Source: Styela clava
Taxonomy: Eukaryota
DNA: 64,000 nt
Reading direction: 5' to 3'
Assembly: GCF_964204865.1 (NCBI RefSeq)
Contig: NC_135252.1
Coordinates: forward strand, 19,840,001-19,904,000
Position numbers and translations under genes: made by a program. The notes beneath the pieces were generated by a model. It was given only the letters and a program-made list of their open reading frames with translations. It made no database searches and was not told the DNA's origin. Shown piece by piece: positions 1 through 12,150 of the stretch (its first letter is position 1; every line of letters begins with the position of its first letter).

Positions 1-3000
1 TACATAAGACACGTAAAATTTCAATCAATTGTTGTCGCTAAGGCGTTTGCGATTGCATTTTGTTTAAATCTCCATTGTTTACGTTAGCGTGGCGTGGTAT
101 TTAAGCCCTAAAAATCTTGATTCCGGTGTTTATTCTTCCTAAATCCGAAATTTCCCTCGACATATTCTTGTGCCGCGAAGACGATTATAATTACTTTTTT
201 GTTCTCGAATGGAACCATGACACCTCTGAGAAAAACGAGTTAATTTTTATTATAATCATCAGCGACGAGATGCTAAAGATAGAATAAAGAAGTGAATCCG
301 TAACTAAAAATTTTTTATTGTAAAAGTGGCGTTATAAAATACTAAAAATAAAACGGAAAACGCCATGAGTTTTGTTTTGGGGTGGACCGCGACAGATTAA
401 AAACATTTTCTTAGACATTGAAAATCTCATAAATTCCTTGTGCGTGCGCCACACCAGTAGTGTTCTAAAACTACAAACTTTATTTAAATTTTACTCCGTG
501 GGATCGCAGACTTATATATATACTTATATCGCAGGAATATCTGTAACGGTGATGTCTTGGAATTAATCGAGTGGCCGAATTGCGATAGAGCGGAGTGAGA
601 GATGCAGGGACAGCTCATATTGGTGAAATTGGCAAGAATACAAATCAAAACAAAATGTAATCGACATTTTTATGGTTGCGGATTACCGTGTTATTTTAGA
701 GTACTGGTGCTTTTATTTTATCGACGCAATCGCAAATTTAATTTATCACGATTAAATGAATAAAGCAACCATTTTAAATAAGTATATCAATCATGGATTG
801 AATATTTTATTCAACAAAAAACCATTACATATTCGTTGAAAAAGTCGGCTCTTTTAATGATTGGCGTAATCTCGAGGACTGACTCCGAAGCCGTATCGCG
901 GGGATTTCGTTTCGATGAATATGTATTTTTCATTTACTAATATACTTTACATGTATTTTAGTTGTACTAAATTAAATATACCTTTTGGGATATTATACCA
1001 GATCTTTCTAATGACGACAACGAATTCACACGAGTGCAATATATATAAAAAACTAAATGCAATCACACTTTATTATGTCTGCGGATTGGCGTGGTATTTT
1101 AGATAGGTAATATTTTGTTGTGAGTCGCCGCAAACGCGAGTTACCTCGAACACAAATGAAATAAAATAGAGAGACTTTTTGAATTATTGTAGTTATCACG
1201 AGACAGAAAAATTTATTATAACACGAAAAAGCCGGTATTTTTAACAAACGCGGAGACCGTTTCAGGAGCCGATACATGTAAATTCACGATTCCAACTTGT
1301 GACCTCTCGCGCCCCCCCTGGGAGCATCTCGCGCCCCCCAATTTGAGAACCACTGAATTCTAGATAGTTCAGATTTCACAAAATAATAAAGATGTTCAAA
1401 GCTTAAGTGTTTATGTAAAGAGTAATTGTATCTGAAAAAGTTGGTTAAGATTCCAAAAGAGTGAATTATCAAAATCTTAGACGATTTTTACACACGTCAC
1501 AAGTATCATAAATAAAGATGTACAAAAAAAGATACATACAACATTGTAACTAGTTTAATGAGCGCATTTGTTCGGGCATCCATTATTTCCTTTTCGCGGC
1601 GGTGGTCTAATTCTCGCCGTACTTCCGCTCTTAGCGAACACTGTAATTCGTATTTTCTCTCTTTCTCTTTTATTTTTAAACGTATTTCTTCTTCTCTGTT
1701 AATATATATAAAGCGACAACAAATGAAGGCATAGCCTGTCAATATTAAACAGTCTTCCTCATTAGATATTTATTTGCAATTAAAGTGCCTAGTCATGACT
1801 ATAAATCCATACAATTCATTATTTCTTCTAGCATAAAACGTGTCAAAATCAATTCAGATCAATAAGACAGTTTCCATATACGAATCCAATACCAACTTAA
1901 AAATTTTGAATGTCCTTTCCATCTTCCCTCAACATACTAAGCTCATAAATGAATACAAAAACTATTCGTCATGTAATATATCCTCTCCGAAAAATGAGGA
2001 ATCAACACTAAAATGTTTGACAAAATGATAGGGTCAAATATAAAAGCATGTTTTTTCAACTTATCAAGTTTGGTCACACATCAGCTGCATTCTTGGTAGT
2101 GAGGTGCCTCAAATGTTTGCTTGGTAACGCGATTCAGTGTCAGATTACTTGATTACTTGTAACATGATTACAAACCACTGTACTGACATTTTTGCAGACA
2201 AAAGAAAATTCATTTTCGTCTCGAAACGATTGTTGTTATATTCAGATTTGAGGATTTGGGAAACCCCTACACACTCATCGGACACGGAATACGTTGGCCC
2301 AACACACCATACCTATTTATCAAACAAAACGCCCACTTTAGAAGAGAGCTCTTCAAACTAAGGGTCAGGCCTGAGGCTTATCGTGAATGGGCTCAATAGG
2401 AGTCGCGGTGCCAATTATTCGTCAGAATTATCCATACTTACACCTCTTTCTTTTGCCACCACTTATTTGTGTGAAAAATCGTTTGCATAAACAAATGCGA
2501 TGCATAAAATCCCGCATATTTGATAGGATTTTTCCGTAAGTTGTATCCCCTCATATTTTTCTTCTTATTTGCTGTTTTAAATTGAATGTTATAATTGCCT
2601 TAATAAATTCCGCTGGTTGTGAAAATGACGTAAAGTTTTATTGTGTCCACGTTTGTTCTGGGATCATTATAATTGGCTGTGGGCTCCTCTCGTTTTCCAA
2701 GGTCTGCCGCGTACAAGAAGGCTATTATTCTACTTTTCTCAAACAGCATAGGTTTTATATTTTCAATGTTGCTCGGAATTTGTCTTGATTAAAGATTAAA
2801 TCAAAAAGATAAAATTAGTAAGAAAAATTTATGGGAAGTTGCGAGGTTACCAAAGTTCTAGAAAATAGGAAACAATTTGATGAATAAAACACCACTCCGT
2901 AGAGAAATGAAAGTATTCTCAGATTTAATTCTCATCCAACTGTTGGGCAAGGTTTTACTATGTTTTGTTCCGGTTTAATCAAATTTTATTTTGAGATAAA

Positions 3001-4103
3001 TAAATCAATATTTCTAGAATTTAATGTGTGATCAATTGGCACATAACAATCTTAGAAAAATAGGGATCAATTATGTGAAAAACATTTTCTGCGCCGTATT
3101 TTCAGTAATAACCCATAGATTTTATTTCGAAATAAAATAATTAAGCAATATTTTCAGAATACAGGGGGTACACCAAAATCTGACTTCCGAAATGTATACA
3201 CTTCATCAATGAAAACAGCAGTCAGTATTTGTATTTTGGAAGTGTGTTCAAATGAACCATCACCAAACAATTCATCCGACAAGGTTACCATGATATGCTC
3301 AAATAGTGAATTTATTTCGAGAATTTAGCAAGTCGTGCTATGGTAAAATCTTTGAAAAAAGGGTTTAATTTGGTAAAAGAATAACTAATTACTGAAACTG
3401 AATTCAATAATGAAAGGACACAACTGTGTTCAAAATTAACCGTTAGCCGACTGCTGTATATGATTGTGTGTTGTTCCCTCTCGAATGACGAATCGATATT
3501 ATTGGGCGAGCGAGATACTGACAGTTGAAGCTGTACAATTACTATCGTTGGCATTGTAGATTTCAAATCCCATGCACTCCACCCAGGGTATGAAGAATAG
3601 AAATGCAAAACCGAAAATGCTGTCAGCTGCATATATAATACATACAGTACCCAAGATGTTGTTACTACATGAAAAGCATTATTCGAGTAACTTTCCACTT
3701 TTTTCACACACACCCTCAAACCAGTCGACATTTGTCGTGAGGAACATGTCTACAACAGTTTCGAAAACAAAGAAATACAATACCGTCTAAAATTGCGCAA
3801 ACAATCCAAATGAGGAAGTCAATGATACCATGTATATTACCTAAAAGTGTTTCCAGGTTTGATATTTTCAGATAAATTAATAATGGGAGCATTTTATTTT
3901 ACATTGTTGATTTATAGATGTGTTAGTTTTAACAGAGAAATAGCGGCGACGCGTTTCATTCAAATCAAATTCGACCTCTGGGTCGTTTTAATGAAAGAGA
4001 TAGCATGCTTTGGTTTCTGCGTGACTAACCACTTATCCTTCTTCTATGCTTTTGTGCCGGCGGATCCGTATGCATATAATGCAAGGATGATGTAGCAAGA
4101 GTA

Positions 4104-4396
4104 AACACGAGAATATCGGTCGGAGACCGACGACTTATCGATCGAAACTGCGGTTTCGATTTATGACTCCATAGTGACACTACGTGTCCCATTACTAATT
4201 AATTAATACCTCGCTAATTATATGACATAATTCATCCAAAATAAATATGCTACTGGTCCGAGATATGATAATTCCACATGCAAAATTTGGAGCCGATTTA
4301 ACCTCGCTTTCGTGAGATATCGCGTGCATCTAACAGACAGACAGACAAACAGACAAATACCTATCAACATACTTACCGATCAAGATCGATAAGTAA
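4104..4396. mobile_element. Helentron/HINE (DINE-1-like) non-autonomous element, copy 1
   Basis: Subterminal ACTTATCGAT ... terminal ATCGATAAGT inverted repeat, end hairpin and (CAGA)n microsatellite. Five related copies in the window. Confidence 0.65.
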
Positions 4397-4450
4397 TAGC
4401 TATCCTAAGTGATTCAAGAGTCTTGCTGCACACTAACACAAATATATTTC

Positions 4451-4490
4451 TGTGACGTTTCGTCTGACCAAGGTCAGACTTCTTCAGACA
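4451..4490 (-). ncRNA. Minimal type I hammerhead ribozyme
   Basis: Minus strand reads TGT-CTGAAGA-A-GTCTGACC-TT-GGTCAGAC-GAAA-C-GTC-ACA: core boxes, perfect 8-bp stem II, 3-bp stem I and the reduced stem III typical of Penelope hammerheads. Confidence 0.8.
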
Positions 4491-4521
4491 TACATAGTTC
4501 AACTATAACAAGAAAAGCAGA

Positions 4522-4904
4522 TACGAGAATATCGGTTGGAAACCGAAGACTTATCGATCGATAGTTAGGGGATCCCCCAAAACAGAAACTGCAGTTTCGA
4601 TTCATCCGCTCTTGTAACTTGCGCACTGCGCATCGCACACACACACTCGGCGGGTCTCAAAATTCTCTCGCTTTACAAAAATCTAGATCACGATATCAAT
4701 AATTGATTGATAACTCGCTAATTATACGACATAATTCGCCCAAAATCAATAGGCTTCTGGTCTGAGATAAGATGAATACACATGCAAAATCTGGAGCAGA
4801 TTTAATCTCGCTTTCGTGAGATATTGCGTGCATCTAACAGACAAACAGACAAACATACAGACAAATACCTATCAACATACTTACCGATTAAAATCGATAA
4901 GTAA
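4522..4904. mobile_element. Helentron/HINE-like element, copy 2
   Basis: Same family, inserted in the Penelope remnant. Confidence 0.65.
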
Positions 4905-6493
4905 CAAGCATATTTGAACAATCAGTGTAAGAGTATGGGATTTACGCATGTTAAATAATCAATAAAATAAGTGAAATCTTGATTAAATATCAGCGGGTGA
5001 CTGAAATGAAAAGTCATTGATGGTATCTCTCTCTTTGTTTTATATTTAGCAATTGAAGTCCAAACTAAACAATGGTGTTTTGTGTTTCTCAGCATTGGAT
5101 GATGCTGACCAGAAAAGTCGTCTGTGAGTCAATTGCAATATATTGATTGTGTTTGTCTGTTGATGACATATCTGGCCATGTATGATCCAACCTTGTGAAT
5201 AACATTAAGTACAAGTGATAAGTTACACAATGAATGAAAGATTTGTAATTGCTCTAAACTTCCTTAATAATCATCCCATGTGGTTCATGTGTCCCGAAGA
5301 AATGAATGAGATAAGATTCTTTGTATTTTCTATAAATGTGGTCATGAAATAGTTTTTCAATGCCAATGACACTGAAGTCTTTAAGTGAATGTCCCGGTTG
5401 GCTGAAATGGGCACCTACAACTAGATCTTTGTTTTGGCTTTTATACTTCTAATATGTTCAGTTATTCTATATTTGAGATGCCTTCCCGTTTCTCCTATGT
5501 ATTGCATTCCACACTTTTTGCAACAAAAATTCCCCACATTCTCCGTGAGGATTTCTGTTGTTTTGGGGAGGAAATACTATACTTTGGTATAGATTTACTT
5601 ATAAAATTAATATAGATAATAAATATATTAATATATATCGATAAATAATATATTAATATAGATGACTTCTGAATTCACCAATTTTCTTTTTTTTCTTAAA
5701 ATCTTCCTTTAACGCTTTGGACTACACTTTCCTGATTTTAAAAAATGTGCTTATATATGCTGCTTATACGAGCACCACCACGCGGGTTTCTACTGTTCAT
5801 TTTTGTCATCTCTTGCTCAACAAACTGCATAGGTTGGCGGTCGGGTATCGGTTATTTTAATTCCATATATTTTAGTGCCTAGATGTGTCGCTATGTAGTA
5901 TAAAATACACCCTTTTATTGCGGACATTCGGGACGTATAAGACCCCCTTTGAGCTGCTAATAAACTAAATGTTCATTCAGACGCCCAATTTATGACTTGT
6001 TGACGTGGACTCGTCTAGAATGTGTACAAAACGTGTATTGGATAAGCAGATTTTGCATCGGTCACAAGCTAGTGTTTTTGTGATGATCGGATGTGCAGAC
6101 TGGGTACTGACGTAGAGCACTTCTCTAACACCATGACTACATAAACAAAAAAACAGGCAGGTTTTCAGCCAGACTTTTTGAAAAATAAAACTTAACAATA
6201 CCCTGCATTATACGTTGATTTATTGAACAATAGTATTTGAGACAAAGGCTGATTATAGCGAGGGATACGGACCCTGTCATTTTCTTCATATTAAGAGCAA
6301 AGTCAGGCTTAAGCAAGTTAAATGATTTTGTATTTTGTATAATTTGTAAATTCGTTATAGCCGATAATTCTTTTAATTATTTATGCTGAATATATACAAA
6401 AATTAAGCAAAATATTTGCATGTTTTCAAAAAGTCTTGACTACGTATACGTGTCTTTGCTGATCCTAAGTTATTTCTTCAATAGATGAATGAC

Positions 6494-8715
6494 TCAATTT
6501 TGCTGGTCTATTTGATCCATCGCCTCCAGAAAATCAAAAACATCCTCGTCTAAAAAGTATTGAATATTGTTAACTATATTATTCTGATTCTACCATAATA
6601 TATCAATTTTACTGAACTTTATGGATGAGAACATCTATTTCTAAATATATATTCTTCAATGACTTCCTTATTTTAGTCGCGCCAAGTTTATAGAAATCTA
6701 CGTAAAAAAATATAAAACAGATATTTCTGGACAGCGAGTAAAAGGGATAAATAAGACTAATGATTGTACTCTTCTATACGGACACAAAAGAGACAGCACA
6801 ATTGCATCCACGTACATTTACACCCGTAAACTGCATCAAGGAAATTTGAACCCGCATATATTTGCACCCACCGACATTTCCACCCATAGATTTTCACAGC
6901 CGCATATAGATTGCACCCGCGAAAATTTTCAACCATGTACATTTGCACCGATGTACATTTGCAATATGTAATTCGAAAAACATACTGAAATCTGAAATAT
7001 TTAACGACACTCAATTTGGAGCATGCTGCTCTAAAGTATTGGGGATGCTTCGGTCAAATGAGTTGTTTGATATCGCGTAAACTCACCGACACTTTCTCCC
7101 GTGTCTGCGCCATCTTGATCGGGGTATTGAATTTCCTCGTCATTTGTCGAACCCTGTATAAAATGTTCCTTTAGGGCAGGGGTGTGCAAACTGCGGCCCG
7201 CGGGCCAAATTCGGCCCGCAAGAAGAAGTTGTGCGGCCCGCGGAGAAATAATAATTTCGAATGGTGTACCCGCAAAGCCCATACCAGTCATATTAGCAAA
7301 ACAAGCTAACAAAATTCTGTTGCAAAATACACGATTCATATTACAAAAACGTGTTTCTCACTGCATTCGTTTGAAGTCGGTGTGACAAAAAATTAAAATA
7401 GCAGTTTCTTCAGAAGTTTATGCGTTTTAAATCTACTATTTCTGCAAGAACCCCTAATAATGCCGTAAGATCAATAGCAAATATAGGCAATTTTTGTGCT
7501 TGCAACTACCAGAAAGCCTAAATTAAATGAAGGTGCGGCCCGCGGCTTCACCCAGTTACTTGTATTTGGCCCGCCAATAAAAAAGGTTGCACACCCCTGC
7601 TTCAGGGTATTTGATGTAATATATTTTATTTTGTCTAAAAATTACGGATATGTCTATACAAGCAACAGATTGTATTATTAAATTTCAAAATGTATATCAA
7701 AGTTTCAATATTGGGATATTTTGACCGTATTTAGGTCAATTTGGAATGATTTAAAAAATTTGCAAATTATGTGGACGAAAGCTGTACTAACTTACAGTAG
7801 TGATGGCAATAATACCCCTAAACTAAAGATGTAGATGCAATATAGAAGGTTACATATCAAGTTTATAGTCATTTTTGAACAAATAAACATCGCATATTAA
7901 TCAGAGGCGTGTATGATTTTTTATGATAATCATTATTCAGTAAGTTAAGAATTTTGTCATAATTATATTGAATAATTGAAGCAATTTTCTTGGATATTTT
8001 AAAAAAATAATTTTTAGTGCTCATAATAGCTGTTTCAATGCCTTCTAATTGACTTCCTAGAAAGAAGAATACAAAAATGACCTTTTGACAATTATACAAT
8101 TTTCACAACTCACCTTGTTGATTATTTCTGGATCTATATATGGTCTCCGAGTCGGTCCAGGTCGCGGGCAACGTGTTTGAGGATATGGGGATCCACCGGG
8201 ACATAACCTTTCGTTATGAAAAAACTTAAATAAAATGTACTTCGAAGATGCAAATAAATTCTTCATTATGAATATCTATAATTATACCTAACTATATGTT
8301 TTTAGAAAACATCTTTGCTTAAATTTTTTATTGTGTTAAACAACCAAAGTAGTAGAGCAATTGGAAGCATACTTTTATGTGTCCAAGCCACATGATTCCT
8401 TCATATTACTTGTAGCCTATTATCGTGACAGTGTAAGTTTTATCACCACAAACAAAATGTCTACTGGATTGCGAAGTGTAAGGTATTTCAATAGGTTACT
8501 CACTTAGGAGGTATTGCCACTCTTCGCCGACTTCTTTTCACATGTTCAATAATTCTTTTGGTAGCCTTGACGATTCTTCTCACCAATTTCACTATTCGTG
8601 GTCTCCATGACACTTTTTTGCGTGTTTTGTCATTTTGCGTTTTCTTGACTGAACTATCAGAAAGTGATGCCATGACCATTGCCACAAGTAACAAACCGAA
8701 AAAGATAGACTTCAT
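6494..8715 (-). CDS. Antimicrobial-peptide-like prepropeptide gene A (142 aa): signal peptide, cationic helix, Pro/Cys module, anionic C-terminal propiece
   Basis: Exons 8715-8504, 8207-8114, 7153-7087, 6549-6494, all GT-AG, phases 2,0,1, frame continuous. Protein: MKSIFFGLLLVAMVMASLSDSSVKKTQNDKTRKKVSWRPRIVKLVRRIVKATKRIIEHVKRSRRRVAIPPKLCPGGSPYPQTRCPRPGPTRRPYIDPEIINKGSTNDEEIQYPDQDGADTGESVDEDVFDFLEAMDQIDQQN*. The ORF-track stop at 8500 lies inside the GTGAGT donor. Every exon has a counterpart in gene B. Confidence 0.85.
6798..6965. repeat. ACATTTGCACCC-type minisatellite in intron 3 of gene A
   Basis: About 10 degenerate 15-17-bp units, paralogous to 11335-11515. Confidence 0.8.
7177..7599. 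mobile_element. hAT-type MITE in intron 2 of gene A
   Basis: TIR CAGGGGTGTGCAA/TTGCACACCCCTG, 8-bp TSD CTTTAGGG/CTTCAGGG, GCGGCCCG subterminal motifs. Confidence 0.85.
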
Positions 8716-8907
8716 GGTGGTATATTGAATCACGTTTACAGTTTATAATGTTTATGCGATGATCTGTTGGTTAACCAGATTAAATAATAAGTTATGCTGT
8801 TTTTCACGACTATTATCTAGCACCATTCATTACCAACGAAAACATACTTTTGATTCTGTATTTGCAGTTCTTACGCAAGATTATCTGTCACAATCAAAGC
8901 ATTAAAA

Positions 8908-9030
8908 AGCACTGATGCTTCTGAAGTAATCATCAAACAAACTTAAGTTTATATAAAGAAGACCAAACAAGGAAAGCAAAAAAAGAAAAAGAAAAATGCG
9001 CACCGCTCCTTTTTACGTGAATCACATGCA
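8908..9030 (-). promoter_or_regulatory. Putative promoter of gene A (TATA box and conserved upstream blocks)
   Basis: TATATAAA on minus strand at 8948-8955. Blocks AAGCACTGATGCTTCT, GCGCACCGCTC and TGAATCA occur in the same order upstream of gene B. Confidence 0.5.
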
Positions 9031-10117
9031 TTCTATAAGAATGTTAAAATTAACGATAATTTTAATGTAATTGTATTTTATTGAGTTTTATATTACCGAG
9101 TACGCTGATAATGTGACAGAGTTCGCGTATCGGCCATTCTATCAATGTATACAATAGAGGTATTCATAATTTACACAGATATATTGCTGTATTTAACCTT
9201 GTCGATCGCTACTTGATATGTTCGCTTGTACAATAACTCTGATTGGGGTTATAGGATGTCCTGGATATAACCTGGCGATAATATTGTTGATAACTATTAC
9301 CTCCATAACCTGTTACTGACAGGCTGTAAGAGCACGATTGTCACCAGGTATATTCATATCGTTTTAGTAAGAGTTTTGTATAAATACCAATCCCCAGTAA
9401 GCGGTCAAAAGTACGGCAGTTCTATTATAAATACTCAAATACCTCATTTTCAATATATTGAACAATCACAAACGTTCGCTCACTCCCCACGGGCTATAAA
9501 AGATGATGACATTGCTGTGAGAATACTTCATTGTTATAAGGGAAGGAAGCTATACCGACTTATGAATGTTCAGTACGAAGCCATTAAAATGTCAATAACA
9601 GGTTATGCTGAGGAAGAATAAAGGACAACCGGTGTTACCAATTCGATGTAATTTGCTGACATTTTGAACTTCTATACAGAACCTCACATAGATATAATTT
9701 TTTTTTTGCTAAAAAAAAATTAATATTCATTGATATGAGGAGTTGAATTTGAAATACACGAATCACAATTCGTAGATGAGAATTGTCTTTAACTTTTGCT
9801 TTTGTTTGTTTATACCCATTTCAGTACAATATATTATTAGATTATATTTCAATTTGATCATATGTTACCGATGAAATTATATGTTCCTCTGACTTTCAAA
9901 ATAGAAATTATTGATAAATAGCGTGTACATAAAGTCTCTTTTCAATTAACAAAAAAATATTGCGAAGTGAAATGATGAGATATGAGGGTTGTTTTATGTT
10001 AATCGGTATTTCATAAAGTTTTTATTGACACTAAAATTTGTTGTTTCAGATAAAATTTATTAATTAAATTTCTTATGTTTAATGATTGAATTATATGAAC
10101 CGAACCCCAATAAAATC

Positions 10118-10312
10118 ACTACTGCTCAAGAAAAAGCGCAGTGTGTATCCTGGTTCACTGAGACAAAATTATATGTTCATACCAAGCGAAAGTATATAGA
10201 CGTAAGAATGGAAGAGACACACCATCACTTCCTTCAATTGGTTTAGGGCACAATAAATTTATGGAGACAGGGACAAGTGTTTGGTATAAGGAGGAGCGGG
10301 TGACCAAGAGTT
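10118..10312 (+). mobile_element. Degenerate Tc1/mariner transposase N-terminal (HTH) fragment
   Basis: Translates, with frameshifts, TAQEKAQCVSWFTETK..GRDTPSLPSI..HNKFMETG..RSG*PR. Confidence 0.65.
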
Positions 10313-10869
10313 CAGAGTATCAGTCGCTGCCGTGATCAGGCGAAAATGTCAAAAAACAAAATAAATTTATGCAGCCATTAAATTTTTCTTTTATAAATCA
10401 TATTATTTTAAAATTAAATAAAAAAAAAATAAAAACCCATCAAATCTTTTTATATTTAACGACATGTTAAAGCACAGAGTTTGTAAAGCACGTAAGTTTG
10501 GCCCATCAAGGGGCTTTTCAGTAGTTCGCATGAATCTATTCTTGGAATGTCGTGATAATTAGCAAAACCGTACTTGCTCCTTCTTTTAGAGGTTAGATGA
10601 GGGGTGGGCAAAGTTTTTGGACCAGGGGCCAAATATTTTGCCCACCTAGACTGGCGGGTCATGTAAGTGTGACGTAAGAGGTTACATTGTGTGAAAAATA
10701 TTTACAGTGTTACAAAAGCAAAAGTTGGAAACGATAATCCTCGCGCCAAAACTAAAATTAATAGCAACCTCAACAAATTCCTTGAGCTTTTTTCAGCCAA
10801 AACATCAAAAGTTTTAGTTTGGTTTTGGTTATTTTCTTCATGTACTAAGCAAAGTCAATTGACACACAG

Positions 10870-11655
10870 ATTAAATGATTTTATATCATATATATTTTGT
10901 AAATGCGTTATACTCAATAATCCTTTCGATTACTCTTGCTGAATATATACAAAGAATATATATCACTTTCTTTGCTGATGTCTAAGTTACTTCATCAATA
11001 GATGAATGACTCAATTTTGCTGGTCTATTTGATCCATCGCCTCCAGAAAATCAAAAACATCCTCGTCTAAAAAGTAATAAATATTTAATTATATTTTTTA
11101 ATTCTATTATAATATTTTAATTTGATGGCTATTTTACTGAACTTCATAGCTGAGAACACTTATTTCCAAATATATATTCTTCAATGACTTCATTATTTTA
11201 GTCGCGCCAAGTTTATAGAAATTTAAAACAGATTAAATTTAAAAAATTTAAAACAGATGATTCTGGACAGCGAGTAAAAAGGGTAAAAAGAAACAACGAT
11301 TGCACTCTTCTATACCGACACAAAGGGGACAGCACAATTGCACCCACGTACATTTGCACCCGTTAGCTGCACCCAAGACATTTGCACCTGCATACATTTG
11401 CATCCACCGACATTTGAACCCGTACATTTCCACCCATAGAATTTAACACTCGCGAAAATTTGCACCCATGTACATTTGCACCATATGGACGTTTGCACCC
11501 ATGTACATTTGCAATATGTAATCTGTTTTTGACGAATATAGTGAAACCTGAAATATTTAACGACACTTAGTTTGGAAAACGCTAAGATAATGGCGATGGT
11601 CGAATGAGTTGTTTGGTACCGCAGGTAAACTCACCAAAACTCTCTCCCGTGTCTA
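10870..11655 (-). pseudogene. Truncated third copy of the gene A/B family (3' half of exon 3, intron 3, last exon, 3' UTR)
   Basis: Last exon 11066-11011 matches gene A 6549-6494. Flanks parallel 6320-7108, including the intronic minisatellite. Homology stops mid-exon 3 at about 11655. Confidence 0.8.
11335..11515. repeat. ACATTTGCACCC-type minisatellite in the truncated gene copy
   Basis: About 11 degenerate units; it produces the spurious Cys-rich ORFs at 11248-11566. Confidence 0.8.
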
Positions 11656-12150
11656 GCGCTTACTCGCCATCCCTAATATTCAACGAAGCAGCGTGAAGCT
11701 AATCTCCATCCACCCACCATATAATAATCTGCCAAAAAAGCTGAGGCAAAAGCTGGTTATACGATTTCGCGGATTTTCCAATGTTCAATTTCGTCGTTTT
11801 TGTCGCCGTGATGCTGACTTTTATGCCTACAGTATTTTGTTTTGGCATTTCAGTCCTAGGCTGATTCAAAAGGAGAGCTTCGGCCTATGCCGCAAAAGTA
11901 CTGACGGACTGTTCTTATATATTAAGATCAACAATTATCACACAGGTAAATATTTTTATATTGTGCATATATAACAGTATAATATATTTTCTAAATCAAT
12001 TGTGCCCAATATATAAACGGTCGACCACTATAAATTTGCTATGTATATCTAAAAACAGGAATTATAATAATTTTTAACGTTTTAAAAAAGACTTGATTAA
12101 ATATATAATTATCCTTGGAGGGTAAATTTTTTCTTCACTGGATGAATCAT

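Larger units (their letters stand above)
4397..5530 (-). mobile_element. Degenerate Penelope-like element 3' remnant (GIY-YIG fragment and tail), interrupted by a HINE-like insertion
   Basis: Minus 5525-5254 translates, with one frameshift, CCKKCGMQYIGETGRHLKYRITEH..VGAHFSQPGHSLKDF..RKYKESYLIHFFGTHEPHGMI, a typical PLE GIY-YIG C-terminus. A hammerhead motif lies downstream. Confidence 0.8.

Noticed and set aside
1506-1742. Charged coiled-coil-like ORF
   Set aside because: Short, no ATG start or partner exons identified; possibly transposon debris.
3312-3790. 139-aa minus ORF, and a coding-like plus frame with several stops
   Set aside because: No recognisable domain or consistent splice model; may be an old pseudogene but cannot be supported.
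8500-8733. Single-exon 77-aa and 100-aa ORFs (8500-8733 and 13855-14157) as complete genes
   Set aside because: Their TGA stops overlap GT donors at equivalent phase-2 positions and paralogous in-frame downstream exons exist, so multi-exon models fit better.
11248-11566. Cys-rich metallothionein-like ORFs (also 6757-7014)
   Set aside because: They are translations of an intronic minisatellite that is open in several frames.
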